A DNA stretch of 64,000 nucleotides from an uncultured bacterium (GTDB taxonomy: Bacteria; Babelota; Babeliae; Babelales; Babelaceae). The stretch is from contig OY970209.1 in NCBI GenBank assembly GCA_963713855.1, forward strand, positions 1,344,001-1,408,000, written 5' to 3'. Under the pieces are notes generated by a model. It was not told where the DNA came from, did not search any database, and saw only the letters and a list, made by a program, of their open reading frames with translations. Each line of letters starts with the position of its first letter. Position 1 is the first letter of the stretch. Below, in pieces: positions 30,012 through 41,019 of the stretch. The translations under genes and the position numbers were made by a program.

Positions 30012-31424
30012 TTAGAAGGCTAGTGCATAGGTTCCCCAAACCGACCATTGATTAAAAGCATGTCTCGCAGCGAATTCATACGAAGAACCAAAACCTAATA
30101 AGACTGAATAGCATTCACAGTCAATGGTATAGCCAAGTGCACCGTATACTTTATGGCTTAACGAATTAGGATGCTCAGCAGTGCGTCTGTTAAGATCATT
30201 TCTTTGGATCTTTACAAATTCTTCATCATTTTTTGTTGCGTTTTCACCATCGACACCTTGATCAATTTTTGCAGTACTTGAAGTCGTTACCGGAAGAGTG
30301 CAGCTGTTAAGTGATTGTAGACCGAACTTATTATTTTTAAATGGTATTCTGTCGATGTGCTCACTTTGCCTCCACCAAAAATCATAGCCAACTTCGAGAT
30401 TAAAACAGCAGCACTGATAGTGAGCAGCCAACCAAACATCTACGGTACTACGCGGAGTCACATGCACCGGCAACGTAAAAAAGTTAATTCCAGGCCTTGG
30501 ATCAAGCGTTTCATCTCGATCGGTTATTAATAGGTATCTAGACCAGTCACCATTTTTCTTAAGGTCAAACGAGCGGCGCTCTGTTGCAGAAAAAACATAA
30601 CGGTACTTAACGTCGGTCATAACATTAAAAGCGTACCCATCATTCGCACAAAAGGCATAATCACCGTTAAAACCTACACCGACACTGCCGTTTCTTGAAC
30701 CAATAACCGGTTCAAAAAGAAAACGGGCCGTCCTTTCCGTACCCGTTGGTGCAGTACCTACCAAATAAAGAGTAGCATGCTCGTCAGGAGTTTTATAAAA
30801 ATCGTACCCGAGCTTCAGTTGGACGTCATCAACACCTGTCTTTTTATGCTCTCGGCAGGCGAGCTTACCGGCTTTCCATTCAGGATTATTAAAAGCATCA
30901 CAAGCATTTTTAAAACCCGGGAGTGTTCCATGAACCTCTTTGCGATGTTCCTTAAGGTGCAAGTCATGCTTTACCTGCATGACCGCCATATTAAACCCGA
31001 GCCACCAATTACATGGCAGGTCATAATACCAAGTGAAGATGCCACCGGTCACAGTTCGTTTTGGGCTAATACAGACTTTCGAATCGTAGCGCGACCCTTT
31101 TTCTGCTATGAGATTAAACCACAGAGGATTGATTGTTCCCTCATCGTTTTCGCGCAGCGTCATGCACTCTCTTTCATGAGGTAAGAAGAAGCGTGCTAGC
31201 TTCTCTCCATCAACAGACTTAATAAAAAAGGGCTTTACAGATAGATACACTCCTTTATCGTCTTGGGGGCTATGGTAACGATGGTAATTGATCAGCGCCA
31301 ATTCGTACATCGAATCAGTAGTCACCTGCCGAGGAACGAAAAAACTATGGCTTATAGCCATTACCGAACTTACGCAACAAAGTTGCATGAGCACGGCGGT
31401 CATCATTTTTCTCAAGCTCTTCAC
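30012..31424 (-). CDS. Hypothetical outer-membrane beta-barrel-like protein
   Basis: RBS AAAGGAG before GTG 31424; signal peptide; C-terminal WSVWGTYALAF. Confidence 0.75.
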   Translation of the reverse strand: MKSLRKMMTAVLMQLCCVSSVMAISHSFFVPRQVTTDSMYELALINYHRYHSPQDDKGVYLSVKPFFIKSVDGEKLARFFLPHERECMTLRENDEGTINPLWFNLIAEKGSRYDSKVCISPKRTVTGGIFTWYYDLPCNWWLGFNMAVMQVKHDLHLKEHRKEVHGTLPGFKNACDAFNNPEWKAGKLACREHKKTGVDDVQLKLGYDFYKTPDEHATLYLVGTAPTGTERTARFLFEPVIGSRNGSVGVGFNGDYAFCANDGYAFNVMTDVKYRYVFSATERRSFDLKKNGDWSRYLLITDRDETLDPRPGINFFTLPVHVTPRSTVDVWLAAHYQCCCFNLEVGYDFWWRQSEHIDRIPFKNNKFGLQSLNSCTLPVTTSSTAKIDQGVDGENATKNDEEFVKIQRNDLNRRTAEHPNSLSHKVYGALGYTIDCECYSVLLGFGSSYEFAARHAFNQWSVWGTYALAF

Positions 31425-31706
31425 ACACACTCCTTTTATTTGTTTTCTAAAATAAGCTACAGCTCGAATGGAAGATACCATCATACACAAACGCTATTCA
31501 AGAGTAATAAACACTATAATGAGTACAAAAATGCCTCAAAACCTTTTTCACTTATACGTTATCTCCTTGATCGTTACAATGTTATTAATAATCAACTATA
31601 TCCAATAATACCCATCAGATCAACTCACTCCCTTTTAGCACATGAAAGACAAAGCGCGATTTTAAAGCTAAGCTATCCTGAAAGTTTCCTTCAAGGACTC
31701 TACTAC

Positions 31707-32432
31707 ATGGATCTCTTATTTCTTGGCACAAGAGGTGGCATCAAAGCCCGCAGTAAAGCACATTGTAGACACGCATCACTTCTTGTAAAGCAAAGTCGAC
31801 ACCGCGTAATGATAGATTGCGGAGCAGATTGGCTTTCCCACTTGAGCAGTATAAAACCGACGGCCATTGTTATAACGCATGCACACCCCGATCACGTCGG
31901 AGGTCTTAAATCGGGCGCCCCGTGCCCCGTTTACGCAACCGCTGATACGTTTACTCGTATAAAACGGTACCCTATAGACAAGAAAATAATCGTTTTTCCA
32001 AACATACCCTTTACGGTGGGCTCATTAACTCTAACGGCTTTTTCCTTAGAGCATTCCCTTAATGCACCTGCTGTTGGCTACCGCATAACTCAAAATGGTA
32101 GCGTATTTTTTTACGCTCCAGATCTTGTGTCAATCATCGATAAAAATAAGGCATTACCTGGTGTAAGCCTCTACATTGGAGATGGGGCGATTATTACAAG
32201 AAAGTTACTCATACGGCAACATACAAAGGAACGCACCGGACACGCGCCCATCGCGGAACAGCTTTCTTGGTGCAAAGATGCAGGAATCACACAAGCACTT
32301 ATCACTCATTGTGGTACCGAAATAGTAACGGGTGATCCTCGACTCATTGAGAGCAAGATTGAGCTCTTAAAAGAAGAATATGGGGTAGATCTTGAACTAG
32401 CAACTGACGGAATGCTCATTAAGAGCTTTTAA
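31707..32432 (+). CDS. MBL-fold metallo-hydrolase
   Basis: FLGT, IDCG, THAHPDHVGG, HS, TGH, THC; RBS AAGGA before ATG 31707. Confidence 0.9.
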   Translation: MDLLFLGTRGGIKARSKAHCRHASLLVKQSRHRVMIDCGADWLSHLSSIKPTAIVITHAHPDHVGGLKSGAPCPVYATADTFTRIKRYPIDKKIIVFPNIPFTVGSLTLTAFSLEHSLNAPAVGYRITQNGSVFFYAPDLVSIIDKNKALPGVSLYIGDGAIITRKLLIRQHTKERTGHAPIAEQLSWCKDAGITQALITHCGTEIVTGDPRLIESKIELLKEEYGVDLELATDGMLIKSF

Positions 32433-32503
32433 TTTAGTATCTTTGTATATGTGTAGACCGAGTTATATAATGTGAATAAATTAATTTTATCAAGGCGTTT
32501 TCC

Positions 32504-33021
32504 ATGAATTATTAAGTTATTCTATTCTCCACTATCGCTTTGAGCGCAAACCTAAACTTAAGCTTAAAGCAAATCACCAAGAGTGGGTTTGGTGTCCAAA
32601 CTCGTGGAACGATCCTCGTTATCCGATTTGAAGGTACCTAAAGGCTCATATCTTAAATCATGTATGGATAATGTACGAAATTAGAGTAGAGCTGAATCTA
32701 CTGCCTCAGAAAAGAAGTCTCGACTTACCGCTCGATCAAGCACTTTTAAGTGATGACTATCGACTTATAGCGGACATATACTATAAGTGGCTACTCATCC
32801 ACATCTACAATTTTTTATGCAAGGCGCACAAAAAGCGAGAAATACCCGAACTTGAGAGCTTTAAAGACGGTGTCTTAGAGGCCAAAGAATTCATTTTTCA
32901 AAGTTACGACATGATAGATTTCGACTGGATCGGAAAAGAAAGCACCAAGCTAGGAGCTTCTAGGCCTGAGGTGGCTCGCGTACCAATTTTCGCCTTGTTA
33001 CTAACAGCCTCGCATCTATAA
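32504..33021 (+). pseudogene. Degraded secreted hypothetical protein
   Basis: MNY*VILFSTIALSANL (TAA 32513), a frame change, then ..NDPRYPI*RYLKAH.. (TGA 32629) in frame with ORF 32671-33021. Confidence 0.45.
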
Positions 33022-33046
33022 TACTTTATAAACAAGGCCACTTTTC

Positions 33047-33670
33047 CTAGTAGCGAATGGTAGCGTAATAATTCGTCAAGTCACGCTGCTCGTTCATCAG
33101 TTGATCACTAAAGCTTTCTTTAACCGTTCGCTTTAACGTATTTAATTGCGTAAGAAACTGATCAACTTTAGATCGCAAATCATCATCCTGTGCGGATCGA
33201 AGTGATCTTTCAAACTTATATATCATCCCATCAAGAATGGACTGATACCAGCTATACGGAAAGTGAAATTGACGTTTTAAGAGAATCTCGGAATGGGACT
33301 GAATAGGATTGTAATCATGCCACCAGGCACAATTGGCTTTAGCAGTCTCGTATTTTTTCATGATCTCTTTTTTAAGTAGCTTTTCAAATTTGGCTTCCTG
33401 GTCCTGTGACTTTGTCTGGCCTTCTAGCTCGTAAAGAAGTTCTCTCTCTTTACTAAAAGACTGCATATCGGTTTGCAAATCGGCTTTAGTTTTTAATTGT
33501 GCTTTTTCTGTTCTCGTCTGTTTTATGGGCTTACTGGAAGCAGGTGTTACATTTTTCGTAGTAACAACCGTTACTTGCCTTTGACCACCACAGCCAGACA
33601 GGGCTATGATAGAAAAGATGACAACAAAAATTTTGGAGGGCCATGTTTGTTTTTGAACAGCTAGTTTCAT
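33047..33670 (-). CDS. Hypothetical lipoprotein
   Basis: Lipobox LSGC after a hydrophobic stretch; helical mature region. Confidence 0.75.
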   Translation of the reverse strand: MKLAVQKQTWPSKIFVVIFSIIALSGCGGQRQVTVVTTKNVTPASSKPIKQTRTEKAQLKTKADLQTDMQSFSKERELLYELEGQTKSQDQEAKFEKLLKKEIMKKYETAKANCAWWHDYNPIQSHSEILLKRQFHFPYSWYQSILDGMIYKFERSLRSAQDDDLRSKVDQFLTQLNTLKRTVKESFSDQLMNEQRDLTNYYATIRY

Positions 33671-33860
33671 AAAATTGCCTTTTTTTCACAACTTTTTTCA
33701 AGTATTTTACTATAAAACTAAAACTGATTCCTGTCAAATAGCCACCTTTTCAAAACACCACTAATACGGCACTTTTTTCGATCTAGCAGATAAATACCAC
33801 AGTTGATTTGCCGATAAATAAGCTTTATCTTAAACCCCAGTATAAATCTGAAAGTATACT

Positions 33861-34543
33861 ATGAACATACAGTGCATAACACACGCAGATTTTAAAACAC
33901 CGGGGGTTATTGGGAACTGGGCTACAAAGCACAATCACCGCTTTACGATACGAAAACCGTACCTGGGACAAAAATGTGACGACATGTTCGATTTTCTCAT
34001 CATAATGGGAGGCCCACAAAGCCCATTGAATATCGCGAAATCTCCTTACTTAAAGGATGAAATAGCCCACATACGCAAAGCAATTGACAACCAAAAAATC
34101 GTTTTAGGATTTTGTTTGGGCGCACAATTGATTGGAGCTGCGTTGGGCGCAAAAACTGAAAAGAGTCCTCAAAAAGAAATAGGTGTCTATCCTATTGAGT
34201 TAAATCGAGAAGGAATTCATGATCCATTGCTCTTAGGCTTTCCTCAAACCTTTAAAGCAATACATTGGCATAATGATATGCCTGGCCTTACAAAAGAGTC
34301 TGTTCTTTTAGCTTTCAGCGCTGGCTACCCACGACAGATAATAAGATACGAAAAAAAGGTGTATGGATTTCAATGCCATCTTGAATCACTAAAGAAGGCA
34401 TTGAGACACTTATCAAAGCATGCCTAGAAGACTTAGCTCCAAGCAGCTTCACACAAAACGCAGAGGAACTTCTTTTAAACGACTATACATCCATTAATAA
34501 GCACATGTTTTGCGTATTAGATAGGATTGTCAACTTAAAGTAA
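33861..34543 (+). pseudogene. Type 1 glutamine amidotransferase-like protein with a one-base-deletion frameshift
   Basis: MGGPQS, GFCLGAQL, FQCHLE; after 34385 the expected tail ITKEGIETLIKAC..LDRIVNLK* continues in another frame to TAA 34541-34543. Confidence 0.85.
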
Positions 34544-34555
34544 GCGGATATAAAT

Positions 34556-35419
34556 CTAAGCCACGTTATCTTTATAAAACCTTTTTATAAGATCAACAAT
34601 AGTATCAAGATGATCTTCAACTGCAAAATGTCCTGCGTCGAGCATATGCAATTCGGCTTTAGGCAAATCTTTCAAATATGCTTTTGCGCCTTCTGGGGTA
34701 AAGAAAATATCATTTTTTCCCCAAACAATTAGTGTTTTTGGCTGATGTTTGCGCATAAATTCCTGCCATAAAGGATACAATTCGACATTTTTTCTGTAAT
34801 CATATAAAAGGTCAAGTTGCGCTTGCGACGCTCCCGGTCGCGCAAGAAAAAAGAGATCCATATTCCAATTGTCAGGGCTTATAAGCTCAGCATTTTTGGC
34901 ACCTGTCAAGTAGATCGTTTTTACAACCTCGGGGGTTAAAAACTTTTTGATAGCACTCTCGGTCTTTTCATTACGCTCTTTCCAGAATGCATTACGCAGG
35001 CTCTCCCAAGCGGCTGTAAAGCCAACTTCATAGGCATTGGAATTTTGTATTACTTGCCATTCTAACCAGGAAGGGTTTCGTCCAATAATACGATTACCAA
35101 TGGGTCCGCCGTAGTCTTGCATATACCACCCTATTGGCCCTGTAAAACCGACTAAAGTAAGAAACTCTTCTACAATCTCTGATAGATGGTCAAAGGTATA
35201 AGCAAACTTTTTTGGGTCAGGAAGTTCGGTGTTGCCAAATCCCGGATAATCGGGTGAAATCATATGAAAAGAGTCTGATAGGAGTGGCATCAGATTTCGC
35301 CACTGGTGTGACGAGCTCGGAAAACCCCCCAGAAGCAAGAGTTTTGGAGCATCTGTTTTACCGGTTTCGCGATAAAATACATCTATTCCCGAAACCTTCT
35401 TTGTCTTATATTTCATCAT
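34556..35419 (-). CDS. Alpha/beta hydrolase (epoxide hydrolase/haloalkane dehalogenase-like)
   Basis: GGFPSSS, PDYPGFG, MQDYGG nucleophile, WGKND, GHF. Confidence 0.92.
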   Translation of the reverse strand: MMKYKTKKVSGIDVFYRETGKTDAPKLLLLGGFPSSSHQWRNLMPLLSDSFHMISPDYPGFGNTELPDPKKFAYTFDHLSEIVEEFLTLVGFTGPIGWYMQDYGGPIGNRIIGRNPSWLEWQVIQNSNAYEVGFTAAWESLRNAFWKERNEKTESAIKKFLTPEVVKTIYLTGAKNAELISPDNWNMDLFFLARPGASQAQLDLLYDYRKNVELYPLWQEFMRKHQPKTLIVWGKNDIFFTPEGAKAYLKDLPKAELHMLDAGHFAVEDHLDTIVDLIKRFYKDNVA

Positions 35420-35430
35420 ACCATTAACTC

Positions 35431-35805
35431 CTACACATACCCTAGAGCAATATAATCCATAGCGTCGCCCAGATGGATCTTAAGATCAGTGCCTAAGAAT
35501 AGCACGAGATTATGGTACGAGCAGTGCGCCGCTTCTGAAAGGTGCTCACTAAGCATCTGATCGCCAACCCTGACATTCATGGTCGAAGCACAGCAGCTGT
35601 CACTGTCACTATATACTGTACCTGTTCGGTGTGCCTTTACCACTGTCTTTTTGGAACTTAAAATCGGCGAACATGGACTTGAAAGTTGAAAAGTAACATC
35701 ATTGTTAGTTTTATTGTTCAACGTGTAGTAGTAAGCAACTGCCGGTAAAAAGAACGTTAAAGATCCTAGAAGCGCTGGAATAATTATGCATTTATTATTT
35801 TTCAT
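35431..35805 (-). CDS. Small secreted Cys-containing protein (tandem paralogue B)
   Basis: Signal peptide; shares FLPAVAY, DVTFQ, SCCASTMNV with 35802-36191. Confidence 0.85.
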   Translation of the reverse strand: MKNNKCIIIPALLGSLTFFLPAVAYYYTLNNKTNNDVTFQLSSPCSPILSSKKTVVKAHRTGTVYSDSDSCCASTMNVRVGDQMLSEHLSEAAHCSYHNLVLFLGTDLKIHLGDAMDYIALGYV

Positions 35806-36191
35806 ACAATTCCTTGTCGCGAATACCTATTCGCGCGAGCAACATAGTCTATGGTGGGCTTACGATCAGGTCCAGCGAATACGATAAGCTCGTGTCCCGC
35901 ACACTCCACACCCGCAAGAGGCTTACTTATTTTCTCATCGCCAACCCAAACATTCATCGTCGAGGCACAGCAGGATCCACTATCGACTGTACCAGTTTCA
36001 CCTGGCTTTACTACTATCTTTTTGGAAGTTAAGAACGGCAAACAAGCAAGACTTAAAGCCGTATAATCAACTTGAAACGTAACGTCATCGCGAGTTGCGT
36101 TTTTCAATGTAGATTCGTAAGCAACTGCCGGTAAAAAAAGCGTTAAAGCCCCAATGAGCGCTAGAGTAACTATACTTTTATTATTCTTCAT
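35802..36191 (-). CDS. Small secreted Cys-containing protein (tandem paralogue A)
   Basis: RBS AAAGGA; signal peptide; ATGA overlap with paralogue B. Confidence 0.85.
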   Translation of the reverse strand: MKNNKSIVTLALIGALTLFLPAVAYESTLKNATRDDVTFQVDYTALSLACLPFLTSKKIVVKPGETGTVDSGSCCASTMNVWVGDEKISKPLAGVECAGHELIVFAGPDRKPTIDYVARANRYSRQGIV

Positions 36192-36653
36192 AAATATTCC
36201 TTTTTAAAAGGGTGGCATGAGCAAATTCATGCTCCAAACCCTGCTACCACTCATAAACACTGAGTATCAGGTAGCGAATCATCAAAACAGTACTTAAAAT
36301 AGACTAGCAGAAATTATTATATGTTTTCAAGAATAAAAACGGCATAATGGGCTTACGTGGCCCCGCTGGATGTCCACGGTGCAATTCGAGACCGCTCATA
36401 CTTTCTTGGTACCATATTCGAAATTACTAAGCACATAGAGTGACGTAGTTAAGTGTAAGCCACTCACTCCAGAAGCGTGACCATCTTAACCTATCAAGTC
36501 GCGAGCTAAATGGCGATTTGAAAGAAGGATGGCACAATCTAAAATGCTTTCCATTGGAATGTCCTTGCCTTGTAAGGCTAATACTATCGACATGAAATTC
36601 TCGTAATACTATACTTGGCTAACTGATACTTAACTTTAAAGAATGAGCACTGG

Positions 36654-37526
36654 ATGAAGAGTTTAAAAATTTGTAAAACGTTGTTGGTAGCACTATTAGC
36701 TCAGAATTGTTTAGCTGAAAGTCCTATTAAAAACTACGTAAAAGTTGCTGTAGGTCCTACATGGAACCAAATAATTGCGGTTAACCACTTTGAAAGTCAA
36801 CCAGGTAACCTTGCGTCCAAAATTACACTACTCGGGCTCGATAACCCTTGTGCTTTCATTCAGGCCACATTCAAATCAAATTTGCATGACTTCTGGTTTG
36901 GTAAGATAATTATTGAAGAGGTTGCAGGAAACCGGGGATATTTTAGTAACGTTGGTGCCCAACAAGTAGCACCTTTTGCTAATTTAAATAACGATGACGG
37001 ACTATTAAATACTAATGTCGTTGGCGTTATACTGTTGGCCGGGGCTGATTGGAATATTAAAGACGAAGTGACATTAAGCACTTCCATAGGCTACAATTAC
37101 GTGCAAGGCAATCGCACGTTTGATTTTTCTCAAAGTAACGCCGGATTCAAGATTGCTGATTTTTTTAATGGGGGAGGATTTCAAATTGCGGCAAAGGTAC
37201 ATCCAAGCGAAAAAACCTCCGTACAAGTGTTTTACGATTTTTTTATCGGAAGACTTACAGCTAGATTAGTAACCTTTCCTATTGAGACGCTAACGAGATT
37301 TAATGCTCCTCTATTTACGAATAATAGTTTGACTGTTGAATTTATGTACCACTTTGACGATTCAACATCTACCTATATCTCGACCGCATGGTTTGTTGGC
37401 CAGAACCTTAAGACCATTACCGCTAAAGCACCTCCGTCAGTAAACGCAGTCATGAGCAATCAGTTTGTACCTACATTTCGGACGCAATATTTTAGCATCG
37501 TCCTTGGTGTTCGCTACAACTTTTAA
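36654..37526 (+). CDS. Hypothetical outer-membrane beta-barrel-like protein
   Basis: Signal peptide; ends LGVRYNF; paralogue of 39196-40068. Confidence 0.8.
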   Translation: MKSLKICKTLLVALLAQNCLAESPIKNYVKVAVGPTWNQIIAVNHFESQPGNLASKITLLGLDNPCAFIQATFKSNLHDFWFGKIIIEEVAGNRGYFSNVGAQQVAPFANLNNDDGLLNTNVVGVILLAGADWNIKDEVTLSTSIGYNYVQGNRTFDFSQSNAGFKIADFFNGGGFQIAAKVHPSEKTSVQVFYDFFIGRLTARLVTFPIETLTRFNAPLFTNNSLTVEFMYHFDDSTSTYISTAWFVGQNLKTITAKAPPSVNAVMSNQFVPTFRTQYFSIVLGVRYNF

Positions 37527-37561
37527 CTCCTGGAGAAAAATATAATCAGCAACAAGTTTCT

Positions 37562-38209
37562 CTACCAATCGAACATTTGATTATCGAAATTGCTTTCATA
37601 CACTGTAGCACGTGAGAGTGGTGCTCTCTCGCAAAGCTTTTCTAAAAGCGGTACGTAATACTGTTCTGGGAAATTAAAGAAAGATTTTCCAGGGTAAAGA
37701 TCTTTCAATCTCCGTTCTTGTTCATCTAAGAAGGTAAAAATTAATGTACTCGAAAGTGCACCAAGTGCAAGTCCGATTAAGTATGAGGTACGACGGTAAA
37801 AGCGCGCATATTCTTCATCAAGCTTTGTATTAGCCCACCAGATCCAAGAAACAATTTCAACGATCAAAGCAAACAAAGTCAAAGACCCCCAAAAACGAGT
37901 CCCACTCACATAGGGATCATGTATTTCTCTCGCCTTTAAAAGGTTTTTATGTATCTTGTAAGCTAACGTTTGTGCGTCTTCCTGAGTCATGCTTTGTATA
38001 TAGGAAACTGTTTTAGCAAAAGCCTCATTAAAAGTAGCCTCATCCCAGTCTTTATTGTAGAGAATTTTGTGCGTGTCCAAATACTCAAGAAGTTCAGAAC
38101 CATCGTCAGATTTTTCTTTCTGACGGCTTTCAATCATAAAAGATTCATTTTCGGCACAAAAAAAAGAGGTCGATATAAACAACATAGTAAGCACAAATAT
38201 ACTTTTCAT
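37562..38209 (-). CDS. Hypothetical membrane protein
   Basis: Signal peptide plus two TM helices. Confidence 0.75.
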   Translation of the reverse strand: MKSIFVLTMLFISTSFFCAENESFMIESRQKEKSDDGSELLEYLDTHKILYNKDWDEATFNEAFAKTVSYIQSMTQEDAQTLAYKIHKNLLKAREIHDPYVSGTRFWGSLTLFALIVEIVSWIWWANTKLDEEYARFYRRTSYLIGLALGALSSTLIFTFLDEQERRLKDLYPGKSFFNFPEQYYVPLLEKLCERAPLSRATVYESNFDNQMFDW

Positions 38210-38499
38210 AGAATCCTAACAGAAAAAACAATGTTTTTCGTACAGCCATGATTCCCTCAGATCATAAGGGAAAATGAAAAACAAATCAAAAATAATGTCC
38301 TGGGATGCGTTACAAGTAACGTTCTACCGCCTGGCGCACAAAGCATTACCGTTAGCAATCATGATACTGTAAACAGGTGCAAAAAAATTGCTCCACAACA
38401 ACTTTTTCTTCTGATGTAAAATATTGCTTTTTTAATGCTTTATTCGCTAGTATTAATTTAAAATGTAGCAAGAATTCGACATTCAAAAATGGAGTCAGT

Positions 38500-39195
38500 A
38501 TGAACCTATCAGCACGAACTATATACTTTTTCGCATTAAGTCTTGGAGCTGCAGCTTTTACTCAGGCAGATGTTCTTAAAAGCTTAAGCACAAATGATCT
38601 TGTTACAGCCATTATAAAAACAAGAAGGGAGTTACAAGATGCTTCGTCTACCTTATTGAGGCAAGCACATTTGAAAAAGCCTCTAACTACACAAATAAAC
38701 AAGGACGCTCTTGAATACAAAATCACTCTCTATGAAAAGCTTGTAAAAGAGGCAGCGGTACGCCTTGAAGAAGATATCGAAGTGCATCCGGAAATCATAA
38801 GCAAACTTTCATTTAAAGCACGCCAAGGTATACAAAATGCTATTGATATGGTTCGCAAAGAGCCTTTAAGCCCAAAACTTGCGGCTAGTGGCGGCGCTCT
38901 TGCTGGATTAATTGCTGGAACACACCAAGGCTTTCAAGTCGCTCGACAAAATGAACAAGCTGCTCTTGCGGCTTTGTTTACTGTTCCTATCGGGGCTATA
39001 AGCGGCCTCATTGCCGGAGCGCTCTATGGCTATGGAGCGGCATCAGAACGTGCTCTCGAGCACCCAGACCTTACACAAAAAGGGGATGAAGAGGCTGTTT
39101 CTTTTCTTAATAAAGTAGGTGAGCGACTTGACGACGTTGAAGCAGTTTTAGAGGAACGTTCACTTCAACACGTGCGGGCAAAAACAGAGAGGTAA
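38500..39195 (+). CDS. Secreted hypothetical protein with glycine-zipper hairpin
   Basis: RBS GGAG; signal peptide; GGALAGLIAG..GAISGLIAGALYGYG. Confidence 0.75.
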   Translation: MNLSARTIYFFALSLGAAAFTQADVLKSLSTNDLVTAIIKTRRELQDASSTLLRQAHLKKPLTTQINKDALEYKITLYEKLVKEAAVRLEEDIEVHPEIISKLSFKARQGIQNAIDMVRKEPLSPKLAASGGALAGLIAGTHQGFQVARQNEQAALAALFTVPIGAISGLIAGALYGYGAASERALEHPDLTQKGDEEAVSFLNKVGERLDDVEAVLEERSLQHVRAKTER

Positions 39196-40068
39196 TCAAA
39201 ATTTCCATTCTGCTCCAATAATAAGGCTTGCTAACTGGCTCCTGAATAAAGTTATTACTTGCTTACTTACAAATGCGCTACTGCTTTCGGGAGCTTTAAC
39301 ACTCACTTTCTTGATATTTTGCGCAACAGACAAACTAGCTAAAGCAAACAGAGAAAAATCTTCAGTGACTTGGTAATTAAAGTGCAAATCGAGGCTATTA
39401 AACATTAAAAGTGGAGTAAAAAAATGGGTAATAGTGCCGTCATTCACTCGAAGAAGATGGGCCGAGATCGGGCCTAGAAAAAAAGAATACGCCACTTTGC
39501 AGGAGCTACGCTCGCCAGTCTTTACTATGCCGCCAACTTGAAAACCACTCGCATTGTAGTGACTTTCTGTCCTTGCATTCATATCACTGCTTTCAACAAA
39601 ATTAATAGAGCGTTTAGTTCTGACATGAAAAAAACCCGGAGCAAAAAGAAGCGTTAAATCATCTCTAGCCTGCCATTCAATCCCTGCCAAAAGCATGAAA
39701 GGGATAGCATTCACGCTCATAGAGCCATCGATGTTCGTTTGTACTGCAAAAGGAGGTTCTTGATCGGATGTTTTTAGTGTAATAACCCCCCTTTGACCAA
39801 GAATGTTTCCAATAAGAATCTTTAAAAAGAAAAAATCATCGCTCTCGATCGTTAGCGTGCTATACGTAAACGCACAAGGATTATCGATTGCTTCGATGAT
39901 AGTTTTTGCTTTATTACCAGTCACATTATTTATAAAATGATTGACCGCAACAATTTGGCTGACCGCGGGACCAACACCAATTTTCACATCACTTTTAATA
40001 GACATACCGAGCGCTAATGCGTAAGGGGATAGGACAAAAAAACATATAGCTAGGGTTATTTTTCTCAT
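39196..40068 (-). CDS. Hypothetical outer-membrane beta-barrel-like protein
   Basis: Signal peptide; ends IGAEWKF; shares VGP..QIxAVNHF and DNPCAF with 36654-37526. Confidence 0.8.
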   Translation of the reverse strand: MRKITLAICFFVLSPYALALGMSIKSDVKIGVGPAVSQIVAVNHFINNVTGNKAKTIIEAIDNPCAFTYSTLTIESDDFFFLKILIGNILGQRGVITLKTSDQEPPFAVQTNIDGSMSVNAIPFMLLAGIEWQARDDLTLLFAPGFFHVRTKRSINFVESSDMNARTESHYNASGFQVGGIVKTGERSSCKVAYSFFLGPISAHLLRVNDGTITHFFTPLLMFNSLDLHFNYQVTEDFSLFALASLSVAQNIKKVSVKAPESSSAFVSKQVITLFRSQLASLIIGAEWKF

Positions 40069-40386
40069 AAGTCTTTGATGGAATTTTCCACAAGCCTCTG
40101 CAGGTTAATATGTTAGAAATATATAACATTTTCTATAGTTGTCCAAAATCACCTTTAGAATGCTACTCGATGCATTGAAAAAATTGCTTTGATTTTTGTG
40201 CAAAAATATGTAATAACAGGTTTGATTTTTGTACAATTTAAAGGGAAAGAAATTTAGAGCCTGCCCGAATTATCGAGGATCTAGAAATACGCCTCAAGCG
40301 CCCCATCAAACCTGGCAAAACACTCCTCTATTGCAAAGCTCAACCAGACAAATATCCCGGAATAGAAGACTGAAGTTAGATCGATC

Positions 40387-41019
40387 ATGACCGAAAAAGC
40401 TATTATTAGATCGCGAAAAAATGCACATTTCAATTTGCTTGAATCCGGATATCTCGTTCCCGTCTTTTCTGGCGGACCTGGCGGCGGAAAAAGCTTACTA
40501 GCAAGCCGAATAGCAGCACTTTTTAACTTGCCGATCGCGTCTGCCGGCACGATGCTTAGAGAGCAACATAAGCTGCTTTATCCGTCAGCAGCGATCTCGT
40601 TTGAAGATTGGTATGGCACATTAACCGGCAAAGACGTCAAAAAACTCAATGATGAAATCAAAAGTACGTTCGAGTCAGGAAACGTAATTGGTGAATCACG
40701 ACTTTTGAGGCATTTAGATATGTCAAAGTGCCTCTATATATTTGTAGATACTGATATTACCATAAAAGCTGAGCGACTTTCAAAAGATAAAAATAGAAGC
40801 GACTATTATGGAAAAAAAGTGCGAGATATAGTTCACATTCTCAAAAAAAGAAGTTCTGATGAAGCAAAGGTTGTCAAACAGCTTGCGCAGATATATGGCA
40901 TAGATACCAACTACGATTATCGCGACGCGAAGCATTATAAGCTTGTTCTTGATTCAGGCACATTAACGATAGAACGAGAAATCGAAAAAGTTCTTGCCAT
41001 GATGAATGTGCAGCTTTAA
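40387..41019 (+). CDS. Cytidylate kinase-like P-loop NMP kinase (type 2/archaeal-like)
   Basis: SGGPGGGKS, SAGTMLR, GESRL, IYGID..YKLVLDS. Confidence 0.78.
   Translation: MTEKAIIRSRKNAHFNLLESGYLVPVFSGGPGGGKSLLASRIAALFNLPIASAGTMLREQHKLLYPSAAISFEDWYGTLTGKDVKKLNDEIKSTFESGNVIGESRLLRHLDMSKCLYIFVDTDITIKAERLSKDKNRSDYYGKKVRDIVHILKKRSSDEAKVVKQLAQIYGIDTNYDYRDAKHYKLVLDSGTLTIEREIEKVLAMMNVQL

Noticed and set aside
31263..31706. N-terminal extension of the MBL hydrolase ORF
   Set aside because: It overlaps the divergent barrel gene; the MBL fold and RBS start at 31707
40256..40373. Hotdog-fold-like fragment IRLKRPIKPGKTL
   Set aside because: Too short, has no start codon, and the resemblance may be chance
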